Origin: an uncultured Planctomycetaceae bacterium
GTDB taxonomy: Bacteria; Planctomycetota; Planctomycetia; Isosphaerales; Isosphaeraceae
Assembly: GCA_963833985.1 (NCBI GenBank)
Contig: CAWIAD010000002.1
Location: 2,784,001-2,848,000 of the forward strand
DNA length: 64,000 bases
Direction: 5' to 3'
Part shown: positions 1 through 9,893 of the stretch, piece after piece
Position numbering within the stretch: the first letter of the stretch is position 1
Layout of the letters: every line of letters begins with the position of its first letter
Notes under the pieces: model-generated
What the model saw: only the letters and a program-made list of their open reading frames with translations
Database searches by the model: none
What the model was told of the DNA's origin: nothing
Position numbers and translations under genes: made by a program

Positions 1-305
1 AAGACGCGCTCGTAGCCCTCATCATTGGCCCAGGCCATGATGCCGGCCGTGTTATCGGTGAGGCTGAGCACCTTGAGCCGCTTCTGGTTCTCGAAGTCGC
101 AGAGGGTGCACTTGGCGAGGTCCTCGCAGAGGTGCGACGCGTTGGCCCCGGAGCCGCCATTGCCGATGATGAAGACGAAGCGACCGGAATCGTAGGCCTG
201 CTCGATCAGGTCGCTCACGTTCTCGACCTGGGCAGTGTCGAGCCGCTGGATCTCCTGGCAGACGCGTGCAAGGTAGTCGTCCGCCGACATCGTCGCTCCG
301 ATCAT
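1..305 (-). CDS. gmhA: SIS-domain phosphoheptose isomerase (partial, runs off window start)
   Basis: Manual translation of the minus strand from ATG at 305: MIGATMSADDYLARV...VFIIGNGGSGANASHLCEDL...LSLTDNTAGIMAWANDEGYERVF. GNGGS and ANDxGY are GmhA motifs. Confidence 0.85.
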   Translation of the reverse strand, partial: MIGATMSADDYLARVCQEIQRLDTAQVENVSDLIEQAYDSGRFVFIIGNGGSGANASHLCEDLAKCTLCDFENQKRLKVLSLTDNTAGIMAWANDEGYERV

Positions 306-404
306 TCTGATTCTCCGGGTGCTCCATGGCCATGGGACCATGGATGAAATGCCATGACGCTACAGCGAGATCATAATCTTCGCTGCCGGGTGGCGTAAAG
401 CGAA

Positions 405-1322
405 TCAGCCCGGCAGCGCGGGGGCGGGGTGGTAAATCTCAACATTGGCGTGAACGCGGAGCCACACCTGGACGCCGATGCTCTTCAGCTCCTCACTCGT
501 GAGCGGTTCGGCCGCGGCCATGGCGGGCGTCCGGGCCACCGTGTAAATCTGCACCCGGGCGATGCGGCCTCCCGAAACGAGAATTCTTTTCAGCTTCTGG
601 CAGTAGGCATCGACCTCCATACCCGATGGCCCGAGGCCCTGCCAGCGCAGGAACAGGCTCTGGATCACCACCGGCCGGACCCACGCGGCTGCCTTGATGT
701 TGGCCTGAACGCTGAGAAAGGGGACGCTGGTCCGGTGGATCGCGCGGTAATAGCCCTCTGTCCCGGCGTCGAGCTTGGCCCAGATCTCTCCGCCACTGGC
801 GTCGAGCGTCCGCAACGCCCTCTCCACTCCGGGCCGGTGCAGCAAGGTGGCATTGGTGATGAGCACGAGCTTGACTTCGTCCAGGTGCCGGGCGCGCCGC
901 AAGTCCGCCACGCGCGTCACGATGCGCTCGAAACCGGGGTAGGCCGTCGGCTCGCCGTCGCCGGAGAACGCAATGTCGTTCAGTCGCCGTAGCGACGTGG
1001 GCACGCCCGCGAAGCGCTCGATGCCGAAGATCCGCCCCGAACGCACCAGCTCGACGGTGGTTTCCAGCTCCTGCATCAGCCGGTCTTCGTCCACCTCCGT
1101 CGCAATCGCCGGCCTTTGCCTGTCCACCTGGCAGTAGACGCAATCGAAGTTGCAGCTCTTGTCCGGGTTGAGGTTGATGCCGATGGAGATCCCCCAGCTG
1201 CGCCGTGAGAGCACCGGGTAGACGTACAGGTTCTCCTCGAATTGCCGCGCATGGTCGGCATACAGGCCGCCCGGCATTTCGGCGGCAGGCTCGGAAACGG
1301 ACTCTGAAGATGGTTTGCGCAT
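405..1322 (-). CDS. Radical SAM protein
   Basis: CNFDCVYC (CxxxCxxC) cluster motif, FSGDGEPT and LITNAT motifs. Confidence 0.9.
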   Translation of the reverse strand: MRKPSSESVSEPAAEMPGGLYADHARQFEENLYVYPVLSRRSWGISIGINLNPDKSCNFDCVYCQVDRQRPAIATEVDEDRLMQELETTVELVRSGRIFGIERFAGVPTSLRRLNDIAFSGDGEPTAYPGFERIVTRVADLRRARHLDEVKLVLITNATLLHRPGVERALRTLDASGGEIWAKLDAGTEGYYRAIHRTSVPFLSVQANIKAAAWVRPVVIQSLFLRWQGLGPSGMEVDAYCQKLKRILVSGGRIARVQIYTVARTPAMAAAEPLTSEELKSIGVQVWLRVHANVEIYHPAPALPG

Positions 1323-1468
1323 GCTCGAGAACCGCGGTCTGGTTCGGGAAGCTCCGGCACTCTTTTCCTGACCAGTCTACCGCAGACCGGCCAGGGTGGC
1401 CCACGGCGCAGACCCTCGGTTCAGGAATTCTCTGGAGAAGAGGCTGCACGCTGAGCCTTGCAGCGTGG

Positions 1469-3919
1469 TCATTCCACCTCCCACTCGCTGATGCCGCCAG
1501 ACCAGCCGGGCCGGAGCTGCACTTTCAGGCGCAGAGCGGAAGTGGTGACGGGCGGGAAGGAGGTCTCGTTGAACTGGTCGGCACGCACGCCGTAGCCGGA
1601 GACGTTCTGGAGCGGAGTCCACGCGGCACCGTCCCGGTAGAGCAGACGCCACGATACGGGCAAGTCGCAGCCGCCCCGGGCCGGGCGGTCGGCGAACCAG
1701 TAGACGCGTGATCTGGAGAGCGTCGTGGGTGCCGGGAAGTCGTACTGCACCCACTCCGCCGTCCCCTTGCGATCCCACCAGCTCATCCGGGGCTTGCCCG
1801 TATCGCTGGAGCGCGCCGGGACAATGCCATCCTGGAGCGCGGCGAGTGAGTCTCCCGCGTAGCAATGGGAAGCGGAAACGGTGGCCAGTTGCGCCAGGGT
1901 GGTCTGTTCCGCATCCGCTTCGTTCTCGGGAACCCAGACACGCAGCTCGGAAGGGCCGCGGTTCAGGTAGGCGAAGTAGGGAATCGCATCGAGTGCCACA
2001 GGCCGCGCGGAGGGTTGACCTTTCTGGCGTGTCATCAAGCCGCTTTTGACCACGACGACTCCGCCCAGCCGATCGGCACGGTACGCCGATGAGAGCGGCG
2101 CATCGGGCGGCAAGAACAGGCTGCCGGCCGCATACCGGGCAGCGACCGGCTCGAAGGCGTACACCACCGGGCCGCGCTTCAGCGCAACGAGCCCCTTATC
2201 GGCCGGGACCCCTGGAGCCCGCACCCGGCGGACCGGCATCTCCATGATCACGTCCACAAGGTCTCCCGGCTTCCAGGTCCTGTGGATCCGGGCGTAGCCC
2301 TTGCGGACGACCGGCTGGAACTCCGTTCCATTCACCCTGAGCCGGAACGCCCCCTGCTCGGGCAGGCCTTCCACCTGGTAGAGAGCGTCGGCAGACGCTT
2401 TCCCCTGGCACCAGCCAGGCACGCGCACACACAGGTCGAAGGCTCTGTCGCCATCGGGCTCGACGGCGATCGACACCGAGCCGTCCCAGGGATATCGAGT
2501 CTTCTGCCGCAGCACGACGTTCCGGCCGCCAGCAGCCACCCTCGCCTGGCAGCCGATAAACAGGTTCACGTACACGGCGCCGGCGTCCTGAGCATAGATG
2601 TAACCCGGCAGCGCGCCGATGAGCTTCAAGAACATGGGCGGGCAGCAGGGGCAGTCGTGCCAGCTCCAGCGCGCCTGTCCGCGCCCGAAGGCGAGCGGGT
2701 TCACGTAGGAATAGGTGTTGCCCGCCTGCGACGTGTGCCCGAGCGCTCCGTTGTAGAGCACCGTTTCCAGCTCATCCACGAACCGGGCGTCCCCGAAGAC
2801 GCGGTTCATGTTCTGGCTGAAGAAGCCGCCGCCGATCGCCGCGCAGGTCTCCAGGTAGCCCGTGTTGGGTAAGTCGTAGTCCGGACCGAACGCCTCGCCC
2901 TCGCTGGTCGCCCCCACGCCGCCGGTGATGTACAGCTTGCGCCCGGCCATGTTCTCCCAGAGCCGGAGCGCCGCTTGCTGGTACTCAGGGCGGCCGTTCG
3001 CCGCCGCCAGCGCCGCGACGCCGGTGGCCATGAGCGTGGCGCGGACGGCGTGCCCCTCGATGGTGCGCTGGTCGAAGACGGGCTGGTGGTCCTGGTCGTA
3101 GGCCCCGAAGTCCTTGCGTCCTGCGTGATGCCCGCGCGCCTCGATGAAGAACTCGGCGAGCCGGAGATAACGCACCTCGTCGACGGGGAAACGCAGCCGG
3201 GCCTTGAGCGCGGGCTGCTCGCGAAACAGCTCATACATCCGCACCAGCGCTTCCTCCGCCAGCGCATGTCCCGGGACGACGTTCTGTCGGGGAGGCGGGC
3301 CGATGGTCTCGCACATGAGGTTCGCCATCCGGACCGCGGCCGCCAGCAGGTCGGTCTTGCCGGTGGCGCGGTAGAAGTGCACTCCGGCCTCGATCAGGCA
3401 GCCGGCGTTGTACACGTCGTGCTGCTGGACGTCGTTGCCGCCGTTCAGCCCCCACCGCTTCCCCGGCGCCACGAGCTGCGTCCAGGTATTGAGGTAGCCG
3501 TCCGGCTCCCTGGCCTGGGCCGCGACGATGCGTGCGATGTAGCCGTCCAGCCGTTTTTCGAGCGCAGGGTCGGGCCGCTGGGCCAGGAAGTCGGCCGCGC
3601 CGCGGATCATCTCGTAGATCAGCCCATCGTACCACTCCGGCCCGGCATGCCCCCCGCGCTTGCCGTCGCGCACCCGGTCAAAGTTGTGGATCGCCCCACC
3701 TCGGTCGTTCTCGAACTTGGTGAAGCAGTCGTTGATCGTGACCGTGCGCCAGACTTCCAGCCGGGGCGACCAGAAGGCGTCGTCGATGACCACCCGCGAG
3801 ATGGGAACCGGAGCCAGGGGGTGCGGGTCCGGCCGCGGCTCACTGGCATGGGCGAGAGTCGCCAGGCAAGCGACCAGAAGCAGTGGACCGGGTCTCGAGA
3901 CAAGTCTGAGCGTCTTCAT
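1469..3919 (-). CDS. Secreted glycoside hydrolase family 127 (beta-L-arabinofuranosidase-like) with C-terminal discoidin/F5-8-like domain
   Basis: GHAVRA, YLETCAAIG and CPCCPP motifs of GH127. Signal peptide after MKTLRLVS, so the start is placed at 3919 rather than 4048. C-terminal WVQYDF...LRL...ISEWEV. Confidence 0.85.
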   Translation of the reverse strand: MKTLRLVSRPGPLLLVACLATLAHASEPRPDPHPLAPVPISRVVIDDAFWSPRLEVWRTVTINDCFTKFENDRGGAIHNFDRVRDGKRGGHAGPEWYDGLIYEMIRGAADFLAQRPDPALEKRLDGYIARIVAAQAREPDGYLNTWTQLVAPGKRWGLNGGNDVQQHDVYNAGCLIEAGVHFYRATGKTDLLAAAVRMANLMCETIGPPPRQNVVPGHALAEEALVRMYELFREQPALKARLRFPVDEVRYLRLAEFFIEARGHHAGRKDFGAYDQDHQPVFDQRTIEGHAVRATLMATGVAALAAANGRPEYQQAALRLWENMAGRKLYITGGVGATSEGEAFGPDYDLPNTGYLETCAAIGGGFFSQNMNRVFGDARFVDELETVLYNGALGHTSQAGNTYSYVNPLAFGRGQARWSWHDCPCCPPMFLKLIGALPGYIYAQDAGAVYVNLFIGCQARVAAGGRNVVLRQKTRYPWDGSVSIAVEPDGDRAFDLCVRVPGWCQGKASADALYQVEGLPEQGAFRLRVNGTEFQPVVRKGYARIHRTWKPGDLVDVIMEMPVRRVRAPGVPADKGLVALKRGPVVYAFEPVAARYAAGSLFLPPDAPLSSAYRADRLGGVVVVKSGLMTRQKGQPSARPVALDAIPYFAYLNRGPSELRVWVPENEADAEQTTLAQLATVSASHCYAGDSLAALQDGIVPARSSDTGKPRMSWWDRKGTAEWVQYDFPAPTTLSRSRVYWFADRPARGGCDLPVSWRLLYRDGAAWTPLQNVSGYGVRADQFNETSFPPVTTSALRLKVQLRPGWSGGISEWEVE

Positions 3920-4140
3920 GGCGGCTCTTGAGGTCTTGCGGTCTTGCGGTACGAAGGCGGGGAGGAACGAAGGCACGGAGCGCGAGGTCGAAAGGCCGGC
4001 GACATCGCGCCTCGATCCATTCTGGCGCGCCGGCTGGCGGTTTTCCATTCACAGCGAGCGGTCTTCCTTCATTGTGCTCACATCGACGCCCTGGCTCCTC
4101 ATGGCCGGCCGCATCCCAGAAAGGCAATCGCTAAACAGAG

Positions 4141-4191
4141 AGGACAAGCAATGTAGCCCTTTTTTCGAGGGCAGGCTGCATTGCCTGTCCT
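4141..4191. repeat. 51-bp inverted repeat (MITE-like), arms AGGACAAGCAATGTAGCC / GGCTGCATTGCCTGTCCT
   Basis: Arms 4141-4158 and 4174-4191 are complementary at 16/18. Followed by TTACCTTTT x2 (4192-4209). Same motif as at 14587 and 16248. Confidence 0.85.
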
Positions 4192-4370
4192 TTACCTTTT
4201 TTACCTTTTCTAGAGGCAGCATGCTGGAACCGCCAAATGAGCACGGGTCAGCAAGTCTTCCCGCCCCCAACTGAGGAAGCTATTTCGTGATATGCCATCT
4301 CAGTTCAGGATGAGATAATAGCCCCGCTACGTTGGCATGATTGAGACCGATCGTTGTCAAGGACCGAGCA

Positions 4371-5516
4371 ATGGATGAGACGAAGAGCCTGTCTGAAAAT
4401 GAAGGCACGAAACCGCCCACTGAGGGGTCGAATGACTTTTCAGAAGGCGATGTCAAGAAGATCGGGCGTTACACGATCCTCGGGATCTTGGGCAAGGGCG
4501 GGTTCGGAAGGGTCTATTTTGCCCACGACGATGACCTCAACAGGGCGGTTGCGATCAAAGTTCCCCGCCCAGATCGAGTCTCGCAGCCCAAGGATATCGA
4601 CGCATACCTCAACGAAGCCCGCATCCTCGCCAGCCTCGACCACCCCCATATCGTGCCTGTTTATGACGTGGGACGTAACGACGATGGGCTATGTTTCGTT
4701 GTGTCCAAGCTCATCGAGGGAAGTGACCTTGCCAAGAGGATCAAGGAAAGCCGCCCCGGCTTTCACGAGTCTACGGCACTGGTGGCGACGGTCGCAGAAG
4801 CCCTGCATTACGCTCATACTCGTGGCTTGGTCCACCGGGATATCAAGCCCGCCAACATCCTGATTGATTCCTCGGGCAAGGCGTTCGTTGCCGATTTCGG
4901 ACTTGCCCTCAGAGACGAAGACTTCGGCAAGGGTGGAGGGATCGCCGGGACACCTGCCTACATGAGCCCGGAGCAGGCGTGCGGCGAGGGGCATCGTGTC
5001 GATGGTCGATCTGACATCTTCAGTTTGGGCGTTGTTTTCTACGAGTTGTTGACCGGGAGGCGGCCTTTCACAGCGAATGCTGAGGACAAGAGCGATGCTC
5101 TCGACGAACTCTTAGAACTCATCACCATGATCGAGCCTCGTCCACCCCGTCAGGTCGATGACACAATCCCGAAGGAACTCGAACGGATTTGCTTGAAAGC
5201 GATGACTAAGCGAGCGTCCGACCGGTACACAACCGGACGGGACATGGCTGAGGATCTTCGGGAGTTTCTCAAAACGGCAGGTGCTACGGTCACACTTCCT
5301 CTCCCTGCGGTTCCGGTCGCCATCTCACCGGCATCGACCCTCGAAGCCGCTCCACCCCCCACTACTTACAGGCAATCGGACTCCGACCAGCGACCGATCA
5401 ACATCGTCCCGAAGGGTCTGCGGTCGTTCGATGAGCATGATGCCGACTTTTTCCTGGAATTGCTTCCTGGTCCAAGGGACCGAGATGGTTTGCCCGACAG
5501 CATTCGATTCTGGAAG
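4371..5516 (+). pseudogene. Ser/Thr protein kinase, C-terminally truncated by an IS3 element
   Basis: [21 protein letters not shown] and YMSPE motifs. Homology-like sequence stops at ...DSIRFWK exactly where the IS left inverted repeat begins (5517). Confidence 0.85.
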
Positions 5517-5586
5517 TGTCTTGCTTCAGCCGGAAATGGAGAGACGTACCACCCGAGTTATACGACAACTCGGCAGGAGTCTCACC

Positions 5587-5895
5587 ATGCGAAAGCCCCG
5601 CAAGAACTATACGCCTGTCGAGAAGGTCGCCATCCTCCGGCGCCACCTCATCGATCGCGTCGCCGTTTCCGATCTCTGCGACGAGCACCAGCTGTCGCCC
5701 ACGTTGTTCTACCTCTGGCAGAAGCAGTTCTTCGAGGGGGGCACGGCGGCCTTCCAGCGCAAGAACGGACCCTCTGAGAGCCAGCACCTTCGCACCATCG
5801 CAGCCCTCCGCGACAAGCTCCAGCGCAAGAATGAAGTCGTCGCCGAGCTCATGGAGGAACACATCCAGCTAAAAAAAGAGCTTGGGGAGCTCTGA
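5587..5895 (+). CDS. IS3 transposase OrfA (HTH)
   Basis: [21 protein letters not shown]...LFYLWQKQF, followed by a coiled-coil. Ends over the A7G slippery motif at 5871-5878. Confidence 0.9.
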   Translation: MRKPRKNYTPVEKVAILRRHLIDRVAVSDLCDEHQLSPTLFYLWQKQFFEGGTAAFQRKNGPSESQHLRTIAALRDKLQRKNEVVAELMEEHIQLKKELGEL

Positions 5896-6860
5896 CCAAG
5901 GCATGGGTTCCCCACGATACCCGCGACGGCATCGTTGACTTCGTCAGGCGCTGGTCGCAGCGAACCGAGATCCCCGTCGCCAGGTTCATCACCTGGCTGG
6001 GGATCGCAGCCAGCAAGTTCCAGAACTGGAAGACTGGCTATGGACTGGCCAACGAGCACAATGCCTTGGTTCCACGCGACTGGTGGCTGGAGCCGTGGGA
6101 AAAGCGAGCCATCATCGAGTTCCACAAGGACCATCCCGTCGACGGCTACCGGCGACTGGCGTTCATGATGCTCGACGGCGATGTCGTCGCGGTCAGCCCT
6201 TCCAGCGTCTATCGCGTGCTCCGTGATGCGTGGTTGGTAAAGCATCATAACAGCAAACCTTCACTCAAAGGCAAAGGCTTCCAGCAGCCACTTTTGCCCC
6301 ACGAGCACTGGCACGTGGACATGTCGCACATCAACGTCGCCGGCACGTTCTACTCGCTTTGCAGCCTGCTCGACGGCTGCAGCCGGTTCATCGTCCACTG
6401 GGAGATCCGCGCGAGCATGACCGAGGCTGAAGTCGAGACGATCATCCAGCGCGCACGCGAGCGATACCCTGACGCCCGCCCGCGGATCATCTCTGACAAC
6501 GGGCCCCAGTTCATCGCCAGGGATTTCAAGGAGTTCATTCGGATTTGCGGTATGACACATGTGAGAACATCGCCATATTATCCGCAAAGCAACGGCAAGA
6601 TCGAGCGCTGGCACCGCTCGCTGAAATCCGAGTGCATCCGGCCCGGCGTGCCGCTGTCGCTGGAGGATGCCCGTCGTCTCGTGGAACGTTATGTTGATCA
6701 CTACAATCAAGTGCGTCTTCATTCTGCGATCGGTTACATCGCCCCGGCCGACAAGCTGGCCGGCCGTGGTCCAGCGATCTTCGCCGACCGCGACCGTAAG
6801 CTGGAGACTGCCCGTGAAAGGAGGGAACAGGTGCGTGCGACGACCCGAGCGACGGGTTGA
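5871..6860 (+). CDS. IS3 transposase OrfB (rve/DDE), expressed by -1 frameshift
   Basis: WHVD, ISDNGPQF and NGKIERWHRSLK DDE motifs. Frame is -1 relative to OrfA at AAAAAAAG. Confidence 0.9.
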   Translation, partial: KKRAWGALTKAWVPHDTRDGIVDFVRRWSQRTEIPVARFITWLGIAASKFQNWKTGYGLANEHNALVPRDWWLEPWEKRAIIEFHKDHPVDGYRRLAFMMLDGDVVAVSPSSVYRVLRDAWLVKHHNSKPSLKGKGFQQPLLPHEHWHVDMSHINVAGTFYSLCSLLDGCSRFIVHWEIRASMTEAEVETIIQRARERYPDARPRIISDNGPQFIARDFKEFIRICGMTHVRTSPYYPQSNGKIERWHRSLKSECIRPGVPLSLEDARRLVERYVDHYNQVRLHSAIGYIAPADKLAGRGPAIFADRDRKLETARERREQVRATTRATG

Positions 6861-7111
6861 TCACAGGGAGGCGATTGTCTCGTTCAGCTCGGTGCGGCTA
6901 CGATGAGAGATGGCCTGGGCGGAAGGTAGGGCAACGTGGCGACACGACCTGAGCGCCGACCCAGGGACCAAGACCGAAGGGGGCGGCACGATGCCGCCCT
7001 GTCTTCTCCTTCGGGATTGGTAAGAAAGCGGAAAACCGGTCCATCTGTGTGAGTGTTCACTCCACCTTATCTTTCGACCCCGGTTTCTCCATTTCACGCT
7101 GAACCATTACA

Positions 7112-7304
7112 CTTCGGGGGTAGTCGCACCTTTCAAATGAAGCACAAGAAGCGGAGAGAGTTGAAGGCCTCGGTTGAGCTCACTCATGGCAGTCTACTTA
7201 TCATGCGAGGCGGCACCCAGGCGAATTGGCTGCACCAGATTCCAAAGACGGCGAAGCCAGTTCCCGAGCGGCTCAATCTGACGTTCCGCCGGATTGTCAC
7301 GTAA
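7112..7304 (+). pseudogene. 3' remnant of AlkB-like 2OG-Fe(II) dioxygenase
   Basis: FGGSRTF...LTHGSLLIM...WLHQIPK...RLNLTFR is the AlkB C-terminal signature. The HxD-containing 5' part is missing and the remnant begins at the IS right end. Confidence 0.8.
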
Positions 7305-7317
7305 GCCCACTTCTCTC

Positions 7318-7647
7318 TCAGCTTAGCTCCGCCGCCACATCGGCGAATTCCACATTGTCATACTCATCAATCACTGCGACGGCCGACCCGGTGATGACCT
7401 CACCTGTTGGCCGGTTTGCTTCGTCCGTGCCTTCCATCACAAAGGTGAAGTCGGCCCTGATTGGGTCTCCGGTCTGAGAGTCTTTGACGGTGAACGACTT
7501 CATGAACCAGGAATATGTGTCGAGTGACTCTTGAAGCTTGCTTACCGGTTCCTCGTCAGCCACGTCGGTCCAACGGCTCTGAAGGAACACCGCAATCTGG
7601 TCTTGCCGTTCGTCTTCATCATCCGAGATGTAATCTTGAAGGGGCAT
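7318..7647 (-). CDS. Small acidic hypothetical protein
   Basis: ORF from MPLQDYISDDEDER, protein-like composition, no recognisable motif. Confidence 0.55.
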   Translation of the reverse strand: MPLQDYISDDEDERQDQIAVFLQSRWTDVADEEPVSKLQESLDTYSWFMKSFTVKDSQTGDPIRADFTFVMEGTDEANRPTGEVITGSAVAVIDEYDNVEFADVAAELS

Positions 7648-7921
7648 CAGTCGCTCTCTCGTTCGACGCCTCACAGCACCAACCCAGCCTCGACGCTAAA
7701 GAACGGGGGGTGCGGTAATATCGCTCACTTCATTATAGAACCGGCCTAGGCGACCCAGAAGACGGCAGGGTCTTTCGCCACGGGGAGGAAGGCTTTCCTT
7801 CCTGGGGGACCCACCTTCGTGCCAGACTTGGAAGAGATTTGGGAGTATCGAGTCATGGAAATCTCTTTGACCGCTGACGTCCGAAGGCCTTGTCTCGCAA
7901 GGCTGGTAGCGACAAGGGAAC

Positions 7922-8434
7922 TCAGAGGAGTTCTGAAAAACTGGCAAATGTGAGTGTAAACTTATGCTTCGTTTGCCATTCTACTTTTAGGCCGTCTGCT
8001 ACTTCAACGCTCAGGGCATTGGCTCTCAGGAGCGAGAGAATTAAGTCGACAGTGCCCAATACCTCAAGCGACGAGTCGAAACTCGCACATCGCTTGCGGG
8101 CAAGCCTATCATCTAAGGCGACGACATAGGACTGCACCGAGGCAAGAGCGATGGCAGCACACTCTCCCAACCCAAGCCGTCCGTCGGCTGTGAGGTGGGC
8201 AAAGGTTTCTAGCTCTTTGAGGCCCGTTACACTGACCTGCTCAAGTAGCTGCGCGTCGAGGGCTATATCAAGCCGGGCCAACTGGTCGGCATCGGTGACT
8301 TCCCCTCGCACGTGGTCTGTGACAAGGAATCTGTATTGCGGATGAGACGTGAGGAGGTCTACCCGGTCAACCGCGAGGAAGTTTATCAGAACCGATGCAT
8401 CGATAACGACTATTGAACGGCCATCCGTGGCCAT
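7922..8434 (-). CDS. PIN-domain protein (VapC/DUF3368-like)
   Basis: VVIDASVLINF, LGLGECAAIALA and ALDDRLAR acidic PIN motifs. Lies 12 bp downstream of the XRE-peptidase gene. Confidence 0.8.
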   Translation of the reverse strand: MATDGRSIVVIDASVLINFLAVDRVDLLTSHPQYRFLVTDHVRGEVTDADQLARLDIALDAQLLEQVSVTGLKELETFAHLTADGRLGLGECAAIALASVQSYVVALDDRLARKRCASFDSSLEVLGTVDLILSLLRANALSVEVADGLKVEWQTKHKFTLTFASFSELL

Positions 8435-8446
8435 GCTCCTGCTCCG

Positions 8447-9682
8447 TTAATCGTGGGGATCGTTCAAAGCAGCCTCGCCTAGGTCGAGTAAATCCTTGGC
8501 GGGAATGTCGAGCAACCGGCTCAGCTCCTTCAGCCGAGACTTCGTGATCTCTTCGCGCCTGTAAGCTTCGATGGCCAAGTGGGCGACCTGACTTACAAGC
8601 TCAGAGTCATTTCTCGGACTGCCATCTGCATGGAGAATGTCGATATACCTGCGCCCCGCATCGGCCTTCTCAATGAGCGCTTCGCGCTCCGGGAACGTGA
8701 CAATTCTCAGATCGCTTAGCCGATACACCGCGGCATGGTAGCTGACCCCAAAGTGGTGGGCGAGCGCAGCGACGTCCTGATACGTAATTTGCTGAGTGCC
8801 CGGTACGGTGCGAGCTTCGGTAACCACCTCCTCACAGGCAGTCTCATCGTAGCTCAGATAGAGGTGACGGCTAGGTCCCCCCTTCTCAAGCCGGTCTAGG
8901 AACCCCTCGATGCCCGCTACCGGCATTAAGAACCCGCTTGCGAAAGCATTTGCTCGTCTCTCAATGAGGTCTTTCGAGTTCTCGCTTGTACTCACGATTG
9001 CCGACACGTTCCTGTCGAGCAAGGCGTGCGCATACTCATGAGCGTAGGAGAACCGCTTCCTCGCCCTGGGATGGGAGAAATTCACCAGGATGAACATCCC
9101 AATCGACGAATCGCGAAGGAAGAGCCCGGACATTTCATCAGGGAGCTTCGTCCCAGACGCCCAAATCCCCTGACTAGAGATGAGGTCGGCCATGTCGGCG
9201 ATAGCCCCGTGACCGAGTCCAAGCCGTTTCCGCTCCTCGGCGGCAACGCGGAGGCCTTGCTCAATCGCGTCCGACGCTTTCGTGAGGGGCGGCAGCTCAT
9301 AACTCGGGACCCGCACCCGTCGCGAATACCCGAGGAGGTTTTCAAGCTTCACTCCCTCGCGGCAGATGCCGACGCATCGAGTGACTTCTTGCCTCACCTC
9401 TGGATTGTCGCGGTACCCGACGGGAAGACGGTGGAGAGCCAGAAGGGCGTCTTCCGCAGCCGGCGAAGCTTCCTCCTGGACGAAAAAGTCGGTGATGCGC
9501 CGACCGTAGAGTTCGGCCAGGCCGGCAAGTTCCAGGGTGGAAAGAGTTCGGTTTCCAGCCTCGATGTTAACCATCGCCGTGCGCTGGATCCCGAGGTTCT
9601 CTGCTGCCTGCCCTTGGCTGAGACCACAGTTGACGCGAGCCTCCTTGAGCCTCCTTCCTAAAGTCTGCTGATCTAATGGCAT
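8447..9682 (-). CDS. XRE-family HTH fused to ImmA/IrrE (Peptidase M78) metallopeptidase
   Basis: N-terminal LGRRLKEARVNCGLSQGQAAENLGIQRTAMVNIEAGNR HTH. RKRFSYAHEYAH (HExxH) and ERRANAFASGFLMP. Confidence 0.92.
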   Translation of the reverse strand: MPLDQQTLGRRLKEARVNCGLSQGQAAENLGIQRTAMVNIEAGNRTLSTLELAGLAELYGRRITDFFVQEEASPAAEDALLALHRLPVGYRDNPEVRQEVTRCVGICREGVKLENLLGYSRRVRVPSYELPPLTKASDAIEQGLRVAAEERKRLGLGHGAIADMADLISSQGIWASGTKLPDEMSGLFLRDSSIGMFILVNFSHPRARKRFSYAHEYAHALLDRNVSAIVSTSENSKDLIERRANAFASGFLMPVAGIEGFLDRLEKGGPSRHLYLSYDETACEEVVTEARTVPGTQQITYQDVAALAHHFGVSYHAAVYRLSDLRIVTFPEREALIEKADAGRRYIDILHADGSPRNDSELVSQVAHLAIEAYRREEITKSRLKELSRLLDIPAKDLLDLGEAALNDPHD

Positions 9683-9856
9683 AGCAGAATTCCTTTAACA
9701 GGGACTGACGATCGCTTGGGCTCCCAAGAAGCCTTGCCACAGCACGCGAAGTACGTAAATCGTTAAGAGCAAACGATTTTCTGATTGGATGGACCGACTC
9801 TCGGAGAGCCGGAGCCACCGTACCGGTGCCGGACAACCAGGTCAAGTTCTATCTCT

Positions 9857-9885
9857 AGTGTACAGCCAAAATACAAAAGAGTCAA
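9857..9885 (-). promoter_or_regulatory. Putative sigma70 promoter for the XRE-peptidase/PIN operon
   Basis: Minus strand TTGACT (9885-9880), 17-bp spacer, TACACT (9862-9857). Confidence 0.6.
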
Positions 9886-9893
9886 AGCCTTCC

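Larger units (their letters stand above)
5517..7111 (+). mobile_element. IS3-family insertion sequence
   Basis: TG...CA ends. IRL TGTCTTGCTTCAGCCGGAAATGGAGAGAC (5517-5545) versus reverse complement of IRR TGTAATGGTTCAGCGTGAAATGGAGAAAC (7083-7111). orfA/orfB organisation. No target duplication. Confidence 0.92.

Noticed and set aside
5517..5777. C-terminal part of the 478-aa kinase ORF
   Set aside because: It is read-through into the IS3 left end, out of frame with OrfA.
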